64,000 nt of DNA from Eledone cirrhosa (taxonomy: Eukaryota). Positions 28,540 to 42,885 of the stretch are shown here, in pieces. The translations under genes and the position numbers were made by a program. The number at the start of each line of letters is the position of its first letter. Position 1 is the stretch's first letter. The notes under the pieces are model-generated. The model did not search any database, was not told where the DNA came from, and was given only the letters and a program-made list of their open reading frames with translations. The DNA lies in contig OZ024740.1 in assembly GCA_964016885.1 (NCBI GenBank), positions 116,560,001-116,624,000 on the forward strand. Reading direction: 5' to 3'.

Positions 28540-29742
28540 TACAGGAATACGAAACGTTGACAGGAGCAAGACTAAACCCAAACAAGTCTGTCGGTTTGCA
28601 ACTCGGCACGTGGAGAGGCAAACCCATGCCTTCCGACAGTGTCATTGGACGCTGGACGGAAGGACCGGTGAAATTGCTCGGGGTCTGGTTCGGTCCAGAC
28701 CTCCAGGTGGACAAGAACTGGAACGAGGTCACGGCGAAGGTGTTTGCATTCACCCAGAAGTGGGCTGAGTGCAAACTCTCCTTGAAAGGTCGAGCGGAGG
28801 TGGCGAACACTTACATAGCGTCCGTCATCTACTACCGCTTGACAGTTGTGCCTTGCTCCCGCGAATACCTTACCAAAATGGAACGCCTACTCTTCAAGTT
28901 CCTCTGGAAGAAACAGGCTCCATTGGTGAGGAGATCCATCTGCTGTTAACACCCTTCTAACGGAGGGCTGGGCATGCCGTCGCTGATGATGCGCAAACAT
29001 GCGCTGATGCTAGGCCATCTCCAGGTATTCCTGACCGGTGAACCGGTGTGGCTGTCGTTTGTGAGACAAGCTCTTTCACAACTCGTCTCACTAACAGAGC
29101 TGCAGTCCTGGGTCAAGCGAAGAACGAAAATGGGTGCCTGGCACCTCGAGTGCCTACAGGTGCTCACAGCCCTCTACAAAGCGGAAACGGCAATCAGCGG
29201 AGACTCCACTTCGACATTCTATAGGGGATTAGTGGAGGATAAGTGCGACGACATTCTCAGGGAAACTCTGGGCATCGAGGAGGACGAACTGACCAGTCTG
29301 TTCGGGAGGACTTTCCAAAAGGACCTGTCCAAGATGCGATCAGGACATCGAAACCGTTCTGCACGCAATTATTCAGTGCCCAGGGGTGACCGACCTGTGG
29401 AATTATGTCGAACAGCTGCTGTCACGTGTGGGACGCATCCAGTTGTCAGCCGAGTCCATCGTGAGGATCACCCCGCCGCCTTCATTTAAGAACGAAGGAG
29501 AGGCGGTTTTCCTCTGTCTGGTGGCTATGGCGAAAGAGGTAATATGGTGGACGAGGTTAAAAGAACTGAGGGCAAACACCTTTCTCTCCAGACAACAACT
29601 TATCCCATTCTTTAAGTATCACTTCAGAAGGGAGGTGAGAGTGGAGAGAGAGGTGCTACACCCCAGTAAATTCGCTGAAAGGTGGGTGAATGTGACAAAA
29701 ATGGCCCAAGTGAATGGGCCTTCTCTGTATATAAACCTGTAG
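28540..29742 (+). pseudogene. Tx1/L1-clade LINE ORF2 3' part (RT thumb to zf-RVT), frameshifted, with an internal deletion
   Basis: YETLTGARLNPNKS..VKLLGVWF..W..LSLKGRAEVAN..FLWK..GGLGMP; ~100 bp missing at ~29320 relative to the copy at 17580-17690. Confidence 0.9.
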
Positions 29743-29839
29743 GTTGAGGAAAGTTGGTCTGCCCACTACTAATTTTCATAGAAAAAGCATATAGCGATAT
29801 GTGCTTTTACGATTCTCTAGAGAGGCCGGAAGATAGGTA

Positions 29840-29884
29840 AATATTGCTGATGAGTTGTAACAACAACGAAACTAGTTCAATATT
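29840..29884 (+). ncRNA. Minimal hammerhead ribozyme
   Basis: aatattg-CTGATGA-gttgtaacaacaac-GAAA-ctag-TT-caatatt; perfect 7-bp stem I. Confidence 0.8.
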
Positions 29885-30308
29885 CCTTGTCTGGCTTTCT
29901 GGAGAATAGAGGAAAGGTGTTTCCTCAAAAACCAGTATGACTCTAAAAACCGGTTTGTCTGTGTGTTTACATACAGAATAGCTGGCCACTCACAGTAAAG
30001 TGATCAGTGAAAAAAAACTTGGTACATCTACATATGTATACGTGTGTGTATTCATATACATACTAGTATTTCAGTATACATATATGGATGTACATCTTTG
30101 ACTTAATTGTTTGAGCGTCAGTCATACAAAAGTGAGTTACAAACGAAACGAAATTTAATTTCGTTTCGTTATTTGTTTTTATCGTCTCCGTTGAACCGGT
30201 ACTTACTCACACTCTATGCAAGTTGGTCTGCCCACTACTAATTTTCATAGAAAAAGCATATAGCGATATGTGCTTTTACGATTCTCTAGAGAGGCCGGAA
30301 GATAGGTA

Positions 30309-30353
30309 AATATTGCTGATGAGTTGTAACAACAACGAAACTAGTTCAATATT
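30309..30353 (+). ncRNA. Minimal hammerhead ribozyme, second repeat
   Basis: Identical to 29840-29884. Confidence 0.8.
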
Positions 30354-30571
30354 CCTTGTCTGGCTTTCTGGAGAATAGAGGAAAGGTGTTTCCTCAAAAA
30401 CCAGTATGACTCTAAAAACCGGTTTGTCTGTGTGTTTACATACAGAATAGCTGGCCACTCACAGTAAAGTGATCAGTGAAAAAAAACTTGGTACATCTAC
30501 ATATGTATACGTGTGTGTATTCATATACATACTAGTATTTCAGTATACATATATGGATGTACATCTTTGAC

Positions 30572-30609
<38 letters not shown>

Positions 30610-30616
<7 letters not shown>

Positions 30617-30989
30617 TAAAAGGAAAAGAAAATGCTGACAAATTGTTCCCAGTGAAAAATAGTTTAATTAGGAATAAGTAAAAATTAGTAATAGTATTAG
30701 GTTAGTATTCAGTTTTGGTTTTAAGTTTTACCGGTTGCGCAAAAATAATTTTGAGATAGAGCGCCCGTGATTAGAGCAACATGACGGGCGCTCTATCTCA
30801 AAATTATTTTTGAAAAGCATTAGAAATGCGCAACCGGTAAAACTTAAAACCAAAACTGAATACTAACCAATACTATTACTAATTTTTACTTATTCCTAAT
30901 TAAACTATTTTTCACTGCGAACAATTTGTCAGCATTTTCTTTTCCTTTTACCAATATATCACAACTCGTGTGTTACACCTCTATTCTTT

Positions 30990-30993
<4 letters not shown>
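30610..30993. mobile_element. Fold-back derivative of the PLE terminal repeat at 56862-59322, between (TA)n tracts
   Basis: Arms 30610-30768 / 30784-30958; shares aaatgctgacaaattgttc, ttttaccggttgcgc and the tail gtgtgttacacctctattcttt with 56866-57080. Confidence 0.9.
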
Positions 30994-31065
<72 letters not shown>

Positions 31066-31633
31066 AAAAAATGGGGAGAAGAATACTGCATGGTTGCACA
31101 TGGATAACATGTTATAAAATGAGTCCCTCATCAGTGATTTACCAACGGTCATAGGTATTTCATTGCATTAAAAATCATATACCTCATGTTGGCGCAATAA
31201 TAACTAAAATAAGTTATTAGGACAATTAAAACGCGTAAAGCGAGTGAGACAAGTAAACAACACAGAGGATATAACGTGATATTCCCTGTTCGATCATTAT
31301 ACCAAAAGCTTATTGTTTTAAGCAGACAGTATTATTGATTTAGGTGTCGCAGAAACCCTGTACTGGATTTTACCATCAATTCCAAGGGTCCAGGTTTGTT
31401 ATATATATATATATATATATGAATATGTCATATATTTTGTCTGACCTGTTTAGTTTGACTTATTATTTTGGCTTAGGTGATTAATGGCTTCTTGACCGCC
31501 TTTTCAGTTTCTATGGCTTTTATAACCTATGTTTATTGCTCTGGTCTTTTTAGCCCATGGAGCGCTTGCCAGCATGACTCGGAATTTGCGTTACGTTTCG
31601 CTTTTTCTACCCGCCGAAATGCGATTCTCGTTG

Positions 31634-31716
<83 letters not shown>

Positions 31717-31844
31717 TTCTCTCTCTCTCTATATATATATTACACTCTGTATAGCTCTACATCTCAACACAGAAGTGAACCTAAACATCGAGTGCTCACC
31801 CGGGTGAACCTGCAGTAACTCCAAGTTACACTCCCTATATATAG

Positions 31845-31888
<44 letters not shown>

Positions 31889-32056
31889 CGTACCACATGC
31901 AATGTCAAAATGTTTGTCCGTGTATGTGTATGTGTGTGTGTGTGCTTGAATGTATTAAAAACGTAATTAGACATTTTCAACAGGCTAGAGGTGAAATGTC
32001 TGGTCTTACCTGATACACCATTAGAGTTGTTATTTTATGACTCGTAAGTTCACACT

Positions 32057-32506
32057 TATTGCAGTTGCATATATGTTTGGTGAGAACAGTAACATTATGG
32101 CTCGCAAGATTATATTTATTGCAGTTTTATATGTGTGTTTGGTGAGAACAGTAACTTTATGGCTCGCAAGATTATATTTATTGCAGTTTTATATGTGCGT
32201 TTGGTGAGAACAATAACTTTATGGCTCGCAAGATAATATTTATTGCAGTTTTATATGTGTGTTTGGTGAGAACAGTAACATTATGGCTCGCAAGATTATA
32301 TTTATTGCAGTTTTATATGTGTGTTTGGTGAGAACAATAACTTTATGGCTCGCAAGATAATATTTATTGCAGTTTTATATGTGTATTTGGTGAGAACAGT
32401 AACATTATGGCTCGCAAGATTATATTTATTGCAGTTTTATATGTGTGTTTGGTGAGAACAGTAACATTATGGCTCGCAAGATTATATTTATTGCAGTTTT
32501 ATATGT
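32057..32506. repeat. 62-bp minisatellite, ~7 copies
   Basis: tttattgcagttttatatgtgtgtttggtgagaacagtaacattatggctcgcaagattata repeated without spacers. Confidence 0.95.
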
Positions 32507-33661
32507 CTTTGGCCAGAACACTTAACTCAGCATAGCTGACTGTTTGGTGTCAGTAGACAACAAATCTGTCGAGATAATTATTGTATAAGAAATAAAAATA
32601 GATAAAAATAAAGTATAGAAGTCAATTGTGAGATCGGGGTCTACCGCTGGGTCTCCTGCCGATTGATCAGCGATTCTTTACTGAGACATTCTAACCACAT
32701 GTATATTTATTATATATATTTCTACTTTATACTATGCTAATATATATAAATACCGCTTTTCAATATATTTTCAGATTTAGTTACAGTGTGTGTCTAAATA
32801 TTTTTGCTTGATTTAAAGTGCATCCTGAGTAAAACAATCTCTGGGGTCCTGTGCCAAAACCAAACACTGCTTAATGCCGCCTTTTCTGCAATTTGATCTC
32901 CACAATAAACACTTTAAGATTATCCACATTTAAATATATTGAAGCTACCTTTCAATCAACCCTGATAATTTCACCGTATGAACGGCGAATTGGCAGAGTC
33001 GTTAGAAGGTCGGATAGAATACTTTATGATATTCGTTCCGCTTCTCTGCTCTCTGAATTCATATCCCGCCAAGGCCAATATTGCCACTCATTCATACAAG
33101 GTCAATAAAAATGTACCACTCTAATACTGGGGACGATTCTTCCTCTATAACTCTTTCTCACTTCCTTTATTTTTCTCTCTCTTCTCACCCCTCTGTCTCT
33201 GTCTCTCTCACTTTCTATTCTTCTCTGGAAGAAATCTACTGTAGTCAAACCTGGAAAAGGGATCTGTCCCACCACGTTTAAAATGCCCCAGAAATGCCGT
33301 ATGTCAATACGGCGCCCCTTCGACTCCATCAGAAATTACGGTAAAGAGATCACATCTGTAGTTGCCTTATAGCCGCGAATATGTGCATCAGTCGCACACA
33401 GCACACATGAGGTCATCTCTTATTGACTATCAACAGACCGAATGAGTCTTTCATGAAGTTTTAACGCTGTACTAGATCAATAAAGAACAGTTTTTAAAAG
33501 ATTTTCAATGTAATGCACGTTTATTCTTTTTCAGTCACTATATTGCGGCCATACTGTGGCATCGCCTTAAAATCGATCATATCGACCCCAGTGTTTAATT
33601 GGTACTTATTCTATCGATCTCATTTGGTTGAATCGGTATGTAACGGGACATAAGCACACTG

Positions 33662-33736
<75 letters not shown>

Positions 33737-35547
33737 CATGCATATATATACATTTCACTGACAAATCATTGGTCAAACCGAGGGTATAGCAGAAGACACC
33801 TGCCCAAAGTACCGCCCAATAGGAACGAACCCGAAACCATGTGACTGCGAAGTTAATTCCTTAACCATACAGCCATGTCTGCACCTATGTTATGCATATT
33901 TAAAATTTTTCGAAAATCGGTGCTTTTTCCAACAGTGTTGCTTAGTTCAACCAACAAAGATATTCTGATTTGCACATCTGATTTCCTCGTCATGTCACTA
34001 ATCTCCTCCATTCGTGGATCTTCTTACTTTTTATTTATTTAATGTCTTTACTTGTATCCGATCTTCCGAATAGAATATTTTTACACTCAGGCGACGCAAT
34101 TATTTACACACTTCACGCTTTTGTTCTTTTCAGAGCAAAACTGACTACTGAAAATATGGTAAAAAATATAGTTAAACTTCTGCTTCTTTCGTCAATAAGA
34201 CAAAGCCCGTCAAAATCTCCAGTGGGACGAGACAACAATATGGCAACGTTTAACAATATATATACATACATTTTGCTCTATGTTAAGAAGTAATATATAT
34301 ATATAGAACCGTATCTTCACTAAACACGAGCGGATCTCTGCTCCAAAAGACTCTCACACATTACATATGTTAATAGTTCATTATCGGCTTTCTAAAGAAA
34401 TGTTATGACCTAAACCCTTTAAAAACTGAAACAAAGAGACCGAAGTTTTGTAGCCTAACCGCGAACAGATACAAGCTTTTTGAAAAGTAAAAATATATAT
34501 GCCTATATAACAGGCAAATTCTCATTTACTTCGATGCCTTCTTGTAGTATATTTTTAGATAACCGACATATTGTTTTCTTGTGTTTTCCATCGTTATCAA
34601 TTCACAGCTATTTGGAACTTGATAGACCATTATCTACCTCCCCGACTACAACCTTTTCCATGCTTTTCCAGATTCTCCTATTATCATTCTTTCTTTCTTC
34701 GTAGACTTATACAGTTTAGTTTAACATGTTAGTCTGTCACAAGCCCTCAATTTGATCAGGCCGGTGCTTACTCCAATTTCATCGCCGTTAAGCGACTGAG
34801 AGTACAAGAGTCCTTTCTAGATAGGAAGCCAGTCTACCTCTCAGTTAACTCCCAGTTACTGCTAGCACTCAGTTTCAACTGAGTGTACGGGAGCAGCGTC
34901 AATAGAAGAGTTTTGCTCAAGAACCCAATGTGTCACCAAGTCCAGAAATCGAACCCAATACATTATAATCGTACGTCTAACACCTTAATTATTAAGCCAC
35001 TCGCCTTCATTTATGTCTAAGTTATTATTCTCCGAATTAGACAAAAATTCTCTTCAATCAAAAGATTGACTGCATTAAAATTATGATTGATCTTCAGGAT
35101 GGTAACGTTATAACCTTTCTTTTTGCTTTACTATATTATTCAGATAGTAAGAGGTGATTTCGATCTCTGATTTAACTGCGTATATAATTGTAGCGGTGTT
35201 CATTTAAATAAGGTTTGGCAACTGAAAAAGATGAAGTGTCAGATTCAAAGGCACAATTCTTTATTCAGTTGTGTTAAGTCTATAAAATATATAATAGAGA
35301 AGTAATAGATATGTTGTGTATCATTAACATAATCGTATGGCAAATAGAGTTAAGCTGAACGAATAATAATGAATTTAGAAAAATCTAAAATGACCCAAAC
35401 GTGTTTACTAAAACCCGTAATAATAAAACTAAATAAACATTTCCTTGTTAAACAACTCATGTAAAAGATAAACAGAAATAACAACACAATCGGTACAATG
35501 TATGGAAGGAATATATTAGTTTAACGCTTAAAATAGCAGGAAGAAGG

Positions 35548-35584
35548 TCTTAACGTTTCGGACGCTAGTCCTTCATCAGAAGAA
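35548..35584 (-). ncRNA. Minimal hammerhead ribozyme
   Basis: Minus strand: tctt-CTGATGA-aggac tagc gtcc-GAAA-cgt-TA-aga; a degenerate relative lies at 26807-26837 (+). Confidence 0.7.
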
Positions 35585-36729
35585 AGAATGAGAAATTAGA
35601 AAAATTTAAGGGACGGGTGGGCGGAATCTGAAAAAATGTTTTTAGAGAAAAATAACAGGTCCATTCATGTTGTCATCTCTTGGAAAACTGTTGATACTGG
35701 CGTTTTGTGTATATATATAGGTAGCTCTTTCGTGACCGTGTTTTAATTGAAATACCCTCTATCTCAAATAATTAATGAAAAATATTTGAGTGATTCATTA
35801 AAATTACTAATCATTTCATTACCACGATAGTAACTTAACATAGTTTTTATATAAAATTACGCTGAAAGATTCTAATTTGAGTAAGACACTTTTAAAATTA
35901 GTGGTTTGACATTAAAAGGGTTTGTATGTCCAAAATATTAATTGTTCTTAAGCATTTCTGCTTTTTTAAAATGATTTCACAAAATTGTTGGCAAGTAAAA
36001 AAGTTATGCTTTATAGGCCTTTCTAGAGACCTTCATTAATACAGATCTCGTTTTTTTTTCTTATTCATAATTGCTTTTTAGTATACCCTAACCCTATTCA
36101 TGGCCAAATTCTGTTAGTTTACACTGTGGTATTTGTTGATTAATTCCGAGTACCACGTGATCAATCGTTTATGTTTTCTCTAATAGTCTTGTATTTGCTA
36201 AAAGTTGGCCTGCTGCTATTGTATAGCTACAGTTAACATTCGCTTCCGGATTGCTGTTTGTTTTAAAGATGGGGTTTCTATTTTTATTTGGGCGGATTCT
36301 GTTATTTCTAGTCCAACTTTATAATTTTCTGAAGGACTGTGGCGTTCTTCTCATAGGTTCTTCTATCAAATTTTCATTATTTATGTGTTGATGAAATACG
36401 TGCTTGTGTATGGTACACTGCTCCGGAGGTGCATATTGAGTCTGTTCTTAAAATTGTACAAGCATCTCCAATTATCAATAATTAGATAATCACATGTAAT
36501 TCAATTAAAACCTGTGTGTTATATTTACATATGGATACTGATTAGGTTGACACATGGAACAAGATTATTCACACACACGGCGGTGCTTCACATGGCATCA
36601 ATCACCATGGCTAAAACAAACTGAAGTACTAAAGAATTTATAACGTTTTATTTTCTGTCTAAACACAAACATTGTGCGTTCAATCCCACCTTCTGCTATT
36701 AGCAACAATTTTACTCCAGCTACTTTATA

Positions 36730-37234
<505 letters not shown>

Positions 37235-37251
37235 TGGTGTGTGTATGTGTG

Positions 37252-37324
<73 letters not shown>

Positions 37325-37351
37325 GCAATATATATATATATATATATATAT

Positions 37352-38124
37352 ACGCATAAAATGTACGCAATACAGATCTTGGGTACACAAGAGATGTAAT
37401 GGGATAGCAGGCAAACTAACAGGTACGGAAAACTATGTATGCAGTAGATGTACAGGGAAAGTTGGCAGTATTAATCGCAGTGATAGACACATTTTACCAA
37501 TGCAGGTGGGTTCTATAGAAGTGGTTGATAGCTTCCAGTACCTAGGAGATCAGATTAGCATGGGAGGGGGGGGGGTGTTCCGAGGCCATAGTATCTAGAA
37601 TAAAGACGGCTTGGAAGAAGTTTAAGGAACTGCTTCCTTTGTTGACAAAGAAGGGTTTCTCCCTGCATACGAAAGGACGGTTATATGTGTGAGATGTGCG
37701 ATGCTGCATGGTAGTGAGACTTGGGCTGCAACTGCAGAGGATATGCGATGGCTGGAGAGAAATGAACCAAGTATTCTCCGTTGGATGTGCAATGTAAATG
37801 TACGTGAACGACCAAGCATGGACGAGTTGAGAAAGAAACAGGGTATAAGAGGGATAAGTTGTGGTGTTCAGGAGAGAAGGTTGAGATGGTATGGGCATGT
37901 GATGCGCATGGAGGATGACTGCTGGGTAAAGAAGTGCCAAGAAATCCCAGTAGAAGGAAGACGCAGAAGAGGTAGACCACGTAAAACATGGGCGGAGATG
38001 GTGAGAGCAGACCTTAGATCACTGAAACTCACCGAGGAGATGACGAAGGACCGTGACAAGTAGAGAGATGCTGTGCTGAATAGAACACGCCCAACCCTTG
38101 CAAGCAGGGAAAAGCGGACGTAAA

Positions 38125-38162
<38 letters not shown>
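37352..38162 (+). mobile_element. 5'-truncated RTE-clade LINE with (GAT)n tail
   Basis: EVVDSFQYLG..SRIKTAWKKFKEL..LHGSETW..RRLRWYGHVMRM..GRRRRGRPRKTW; frameshifts; preceded by a Cys/His finger (WVHKRC..C..C). Confidence 0.9.
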
Positions 38163-38187
38163 ATATATATATTAAAAAAATTCTAAG

Positions 38188-38539
38188 TTTGAAAGCCACG
38201 ACAATGCGGTTTTGGACGAAAAATAATTATATCGTCAGAAACAGGGTTTGTTCTTTTTTACCTTAATTTATTCATATGTCCTGATATTTCGAGATTAATA
38301 TCTCTTCTTCCGAGGAATATAAAGCAACTATTCCAGTGTCCGATGTGGCTTGCTATACCTTCCGGCCAGCATGGTATAGCAAGCCACACCAGACACTGGA
38401 ATAGTTCCTTTATTTTCCTCGGAAGAAGAGATATTAATCTCGAAATATCAGGACATGAATAAATTAAGGTAAAAAAAAAAAAATGTTTCTTACGATATAA
38501 TTATTTTCAGTCTAAACCCGCATTGTCGTGGCTTTCAAA
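38188..38539. mobile_element. Fold-back element (arms 38188-38359 / 38373-38539) with an HHR-like motif
   Basis: Diverged inverted arms; tcct-CGGAAGA-a gagat atta atctc-GAAA-ta-TC-agga at 38416-38453. Confidence 0.8.
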
Positions 38540-39043
38540 TTTCAAATTCTTTATACCATATACAATACTTCAAATTTACATGATATATAACATTTTATAT
38601 TAGAGTGTAAGAATGTAGAATGACCGAATGGTTAAGGAATTTACTTCGCAATCATTACGTCAAAGATCTTATCCCACTGCATGGTATATTAGACATTCCT
38701 TGGAGTGAAATTAGGTAAAAGGAAACTGTCTTGGAGCTCACAAGATGGACTATATCTGTAATTTAAAGGGTCAGCCATGCCCCACACCGTGTCACACTGA
38801 ATCGCACTGGGAAGTACATTATGAGCACACAATTCTGTGGAATTCTCAGCCGCATATACGTTAATTTCACAAGAAAGCTATTTCATTGATCGAACAATAG
38901 GAACACTTATCTTCGAAACCAACAGAGGTCCATTCTGTTCCATTAAAGTGCAAACATTATTACTACCACTACCTTTTGTTTTCTTAATCAAAGCCAACCT
39001 CTAAAATGACTAAACTTTTAAGGGCGTTATATACTTCATTATT

Positions 39044-39470
39044 TAAGGGCGGTGGATTGTCAGTATTGGTAGAGGGTCGGACGCCATGCTCTTCAACATA
39101 GAGTTACGGCCCTTTACGGTCTAATTTAATCCCACCGAGGTTAACTTTGCCTTTCATCCCTACAGAGTCGATAAAATAAAGTACCAATAATGAGATGGGA
39201 TAATTGCTGGCCTTGTGCCAAAAAAGTAGAAACAATTATTTAAGGGCAGTGGATTGGCAGTATCGGTAGAGCGACGGACACCATGCTTTGTAGCATAGAG
39301 TTATGCCCCTTTACCATCTGAGTTCAAATCCTGCCGAGGTTAGCTTTGCCTTTCATCCTTAAGGAGTCGATAAAATCAAGCACTTGTAATGCACTGGGGT
39401 CGATTTAATCGATTTCCCCCTTCTCCTTCCCCTAAATTGCTGGCATTGTGCCTGAAGTAGAAATCATTAT
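39044..39470 (+). mobile_element. Tandem pair of tRNA-derived SINEs
   Basis: Two full matches to the SINE consensus joined at attatttaagggc. Confidence 0.9.
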
Positions 39471-40283
39471 TTCACCTAAAATAACAAAACAAAAAACATT
39501 CTGAACGTATGGTTGAAAACTAAAGTGTCTTTTTTTCTAGATGATGAATTTAAGTGTAATTATTCTTAGATATTTTCATTTTCGTTTTTGTATTACAAAC
39601 GCAGGCGATGAACTGGCATAGTCGTTAGAACGTCAATTAGAATGCTTTGCTATTTTCGTTCTCTAAGCCCCCAAAACGCCGAGGTCAACGTTTTCCTTTT
39701 TATCCTTTCGAGGTAGATAATAAAGTATCAATTCGTTCAATGCTGGTGTCGATTCTTCTCTATCTCTTTCTCAATTCTATCTCACCGTATCTCTATTTCA
39801 GTCGAAGAAACCAGCTCTATTCTAAACCGTATGTCACGACGGTGTTCGCTAAGACCCCATCAGGAGTTAAAGGCCCATGTATGCCATGCCTGCATTAACT
39901 AACGTACAGAGAAGTTAATGCATACATATATTGAATCATACACATACACTCACTCAGCATGGCTCCATGACTATATATTTCAATATCACCGTAAACCATT
40001 AAACCTTTTATCATTTAAGCGCTCCTTAACTTTAATGTAAGCTGGTGCCAAACAAATTAATGTATTTCTTCTGGACCCACAAATATAGAACTAAATCATT
40101 CCAGAGTAAATCCCAAAGACTGCCCCAAAGGAGAATTCATGATGTATTTCTCTTTGAAGAATCATTTAATAAAGTTCTAATATTACTATAGATTTCAGAT
40201 ATAGTGCATCGCTAAGACAACTGTTCATGTTATCAGTATTCTTTTAATAATCTCATTTTGTCTATTTTCTCTTCTTTGTCTCC

Positions 40284-40339
<56 letters not shown>

Positions 40340-40439
40340 ACCCACACACATACACACACACACACACACATATATATTAATACATACACTCATATGTATG
40401 TATATGTACGTGTATATATATATATACATATATATACAT

Positions 40440-40472
<33 letters not shown>

Positions 40473-40477
40473 ATATA

Positions 40478-40508
<31 letters not shown>

Positions 40509-40641
40509 AGTATATATATAACACACTGAGACATATATATATGCATCACTGATTTTTCGTTTTATATTATATCACACTCTGATCTGTAAGAACATAGAGT
40601 GCTCAACCGGCATACCGCCTATGGAAGCATCATAGCTACCA

Positions 40642-40752
<111 letters not shown>

Positions 40753-40754
40753 CA

Positions 40755-40901
40755 CTGAAGTAAAAGTTAAGTGGAAATATCCAAGAATAAGAGCACTCAG
40801 TCCATAGGACGAGTTTAGTTTGTTTTTATTTTTCTCATGACAGGCTGAATGAATTGGGGCCCAGAACCCAACGAAACTTGAATACCTGTTTGTCACTGTT
40901 G

Positions 40902-40905
<4 letters not shown>
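40755..40905. mobile_element. Short HHR-bearing insert between (TA)n tracts
   Basis: acagg-CTGAATGA-a ttggg..cccaa c-GAAA-cttga-ATA-cctgt at 40840-40889; inverted gagtgct tail motif upstream. Confidence 0.55.
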
Positions 40906-40994
<89 letters not shown>

Positions 40995-41050
40995 ATATAT
41001 ATGTTATGGAATACTGTTAGCATCTCGCTACAACAATTTCTATACCTTTG

Positions 41051-41149
<99 letters not shown>

Positions 41150-41230
41150 TATATATGTATATATATATAGAGAGAGAGATAAATATAAATAAATATACAT
41201 GGTTGTGTATGATTATGTATAGAAGATTAT

Positions 41231-41537
41231 ATTAATAAAAGGAATTCCAACTTTGTCTGATTTACTCGTTTTATTTACAATCCTTTAAAATTTATAATGG
41301 TATTAGAATGAAATAGTATGGTAGAATATTAAATGTTAAGTGTTAATTGAACAAGTACGTTCATGCTTTCGTAATCTTCAGGTTCATATTCTGTGGTGAC
41401 AGTCAAGTTTGCAATTTTCATTGCAAACTTGACTGTCATACATTTTAAAGGATTGTCATACATTTTAAAGGGCTGTCATACATTTTAAAGGATTGTAAAT
41501 TAAACGAGTAAATCAGACAAAGTTGGAATTCCTTTTA

Positions 41538-41542
<5 letters not shown>
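41231..41542. repeat. Fold-back with 60 bp outer arms, a 19 bp inner hairpin and 3x21 bp tandem
   Basis: 41231-41291 / 41482-41542; 41397-41415 / 41420-41438. Confidence 0.85.
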
Positions 41543-41579
<37 letters not shown>

Positions 41580-42089
41580 ATATATTAATTAGTCATATAT
41601 CTATTGACGTATTGAATACGATATATTTTGACCGATCTAATTTGTTAGTGTTGAATAAATAGGATAATTATTACTGTGACATTACATATATATGGAACAT
41701 AACTAAAGAATTAAAAGAAATAACGTCAAACATCATCGCATCGCATCTTTTCTCTACCGATTTTCGATCGAACCGGTGAAACAACTCTTGCCTGATGTTT
41801 CGCTTCATCATCACTGCTTATATTTCTGCTAGTTTTCAGACCAGTGTCTTTTTAAAGTATGTCAATAAAGTTAGTGAGTTGTCTCTCACGATTATCTATC
41901 AATGATTGGCTGCCATTGTACAAGATTTGAGGCTATTTTTTCACAGAGTTGGCTACTCCCAGGTGTGAGTCTTGCGAGCCTCGCGAACTGGAATGGTTCT
42001 TTCAGCGCGGTTCCCTCCTCCTCCTCCTCCTCCTCCTCCTCCTCCTCCTGTAGAGCCTACTGTAAAACACAAGGCACTAGAAAGTATTC

Positions 42090-42290
42090 TTACTATTGAA
42101 TCCCTAAGTAACTACGTCACCAAGTTTAAGGAAATCATGGGCATGTTTACTGAAAATTTCCTTGATTGGGAGAAAAACAAGGCTAAGAGACATATTTTAG
42201 ACACCTAAAGCTACTACCATGAATTGCTTCGGGAAAGAAAACTAAATAATACGCATACGACACTTGATGTATTCTTAGAAAAGCAACTAA
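42090..42290 (+). pseudogene. Possible pogo/Tigger transposase C-terminal remnant
   Basis: Y.ELLRERK..TTLDVFL resembles Tigger C-termini; contains stops; weak. Confidence 0.3.
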
Positions 42291-42885
42291 TGTATGAGAA
42301 AAATGCACAGACTACTCCCTTGTCTCAGATACAACCCCTTCTGTCCTATTTTCTGTTCCACTGTGCTTCAGTTGGTTTGTTTAATCGTGATTGATGTTGA
42401 CTAATTTAACCTGGTTCATAATTTCATTATAACACTAGATCTCAATTAGCATGTTTTTTTCGAATTGTATCGTAACTGTAGATAACAATGTGTAATATCA
42501 TATTGTGTGAAACTAATGATTGAATCAAGTTAAATAATAAAATTACACACACACACACGCACACACACGCGCACGCACACACACACACACACACACATAC
42601 GCACACAGACGCGCACGCACACGCACACACACACACACGCACACACACACACACACAGACAGACACAACACATGTATATATATATATATAATTACTTGAG
42701 TGTGATTTGGTATTATAGAATAAGCCCTCGATATGTAAACAGAGGTAATTTATATTTTGATACATATTAGTTGTGCAATCAATAAACTGGCAGTTTAATA
42801 AATAGTGTTGAGAAAGGGACGTAATCTCCATTATCAAAAGTTACATGAAGTCCTTGTCATGATTAATCATTAGGCATTCAAGACT

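Larger units (their letters stand above)
29751..30577 (+). mobile_element. Retrozyme-like non-coding element: two ~358 bp direct repeats (period 469 bp), each with an HHR, ending at (TA)n
   Basis: aagttggtctgcccactac...gacttaatt at 29751-30108 and 30220-30577. Confidence 0.8.

Noticed and set aside
32057-32506. 62-bp periodic array resembling CRISPR
   Set aside because: Units are contiguous and near-identical with no unique spacers; no cas genes; eukaryotic context
35700-36480. Possible degenerate ORF upstream of the minus-strand HHR at 35548
   Set aside because: Many stops and no RT or GIY-YIG motif recognisable
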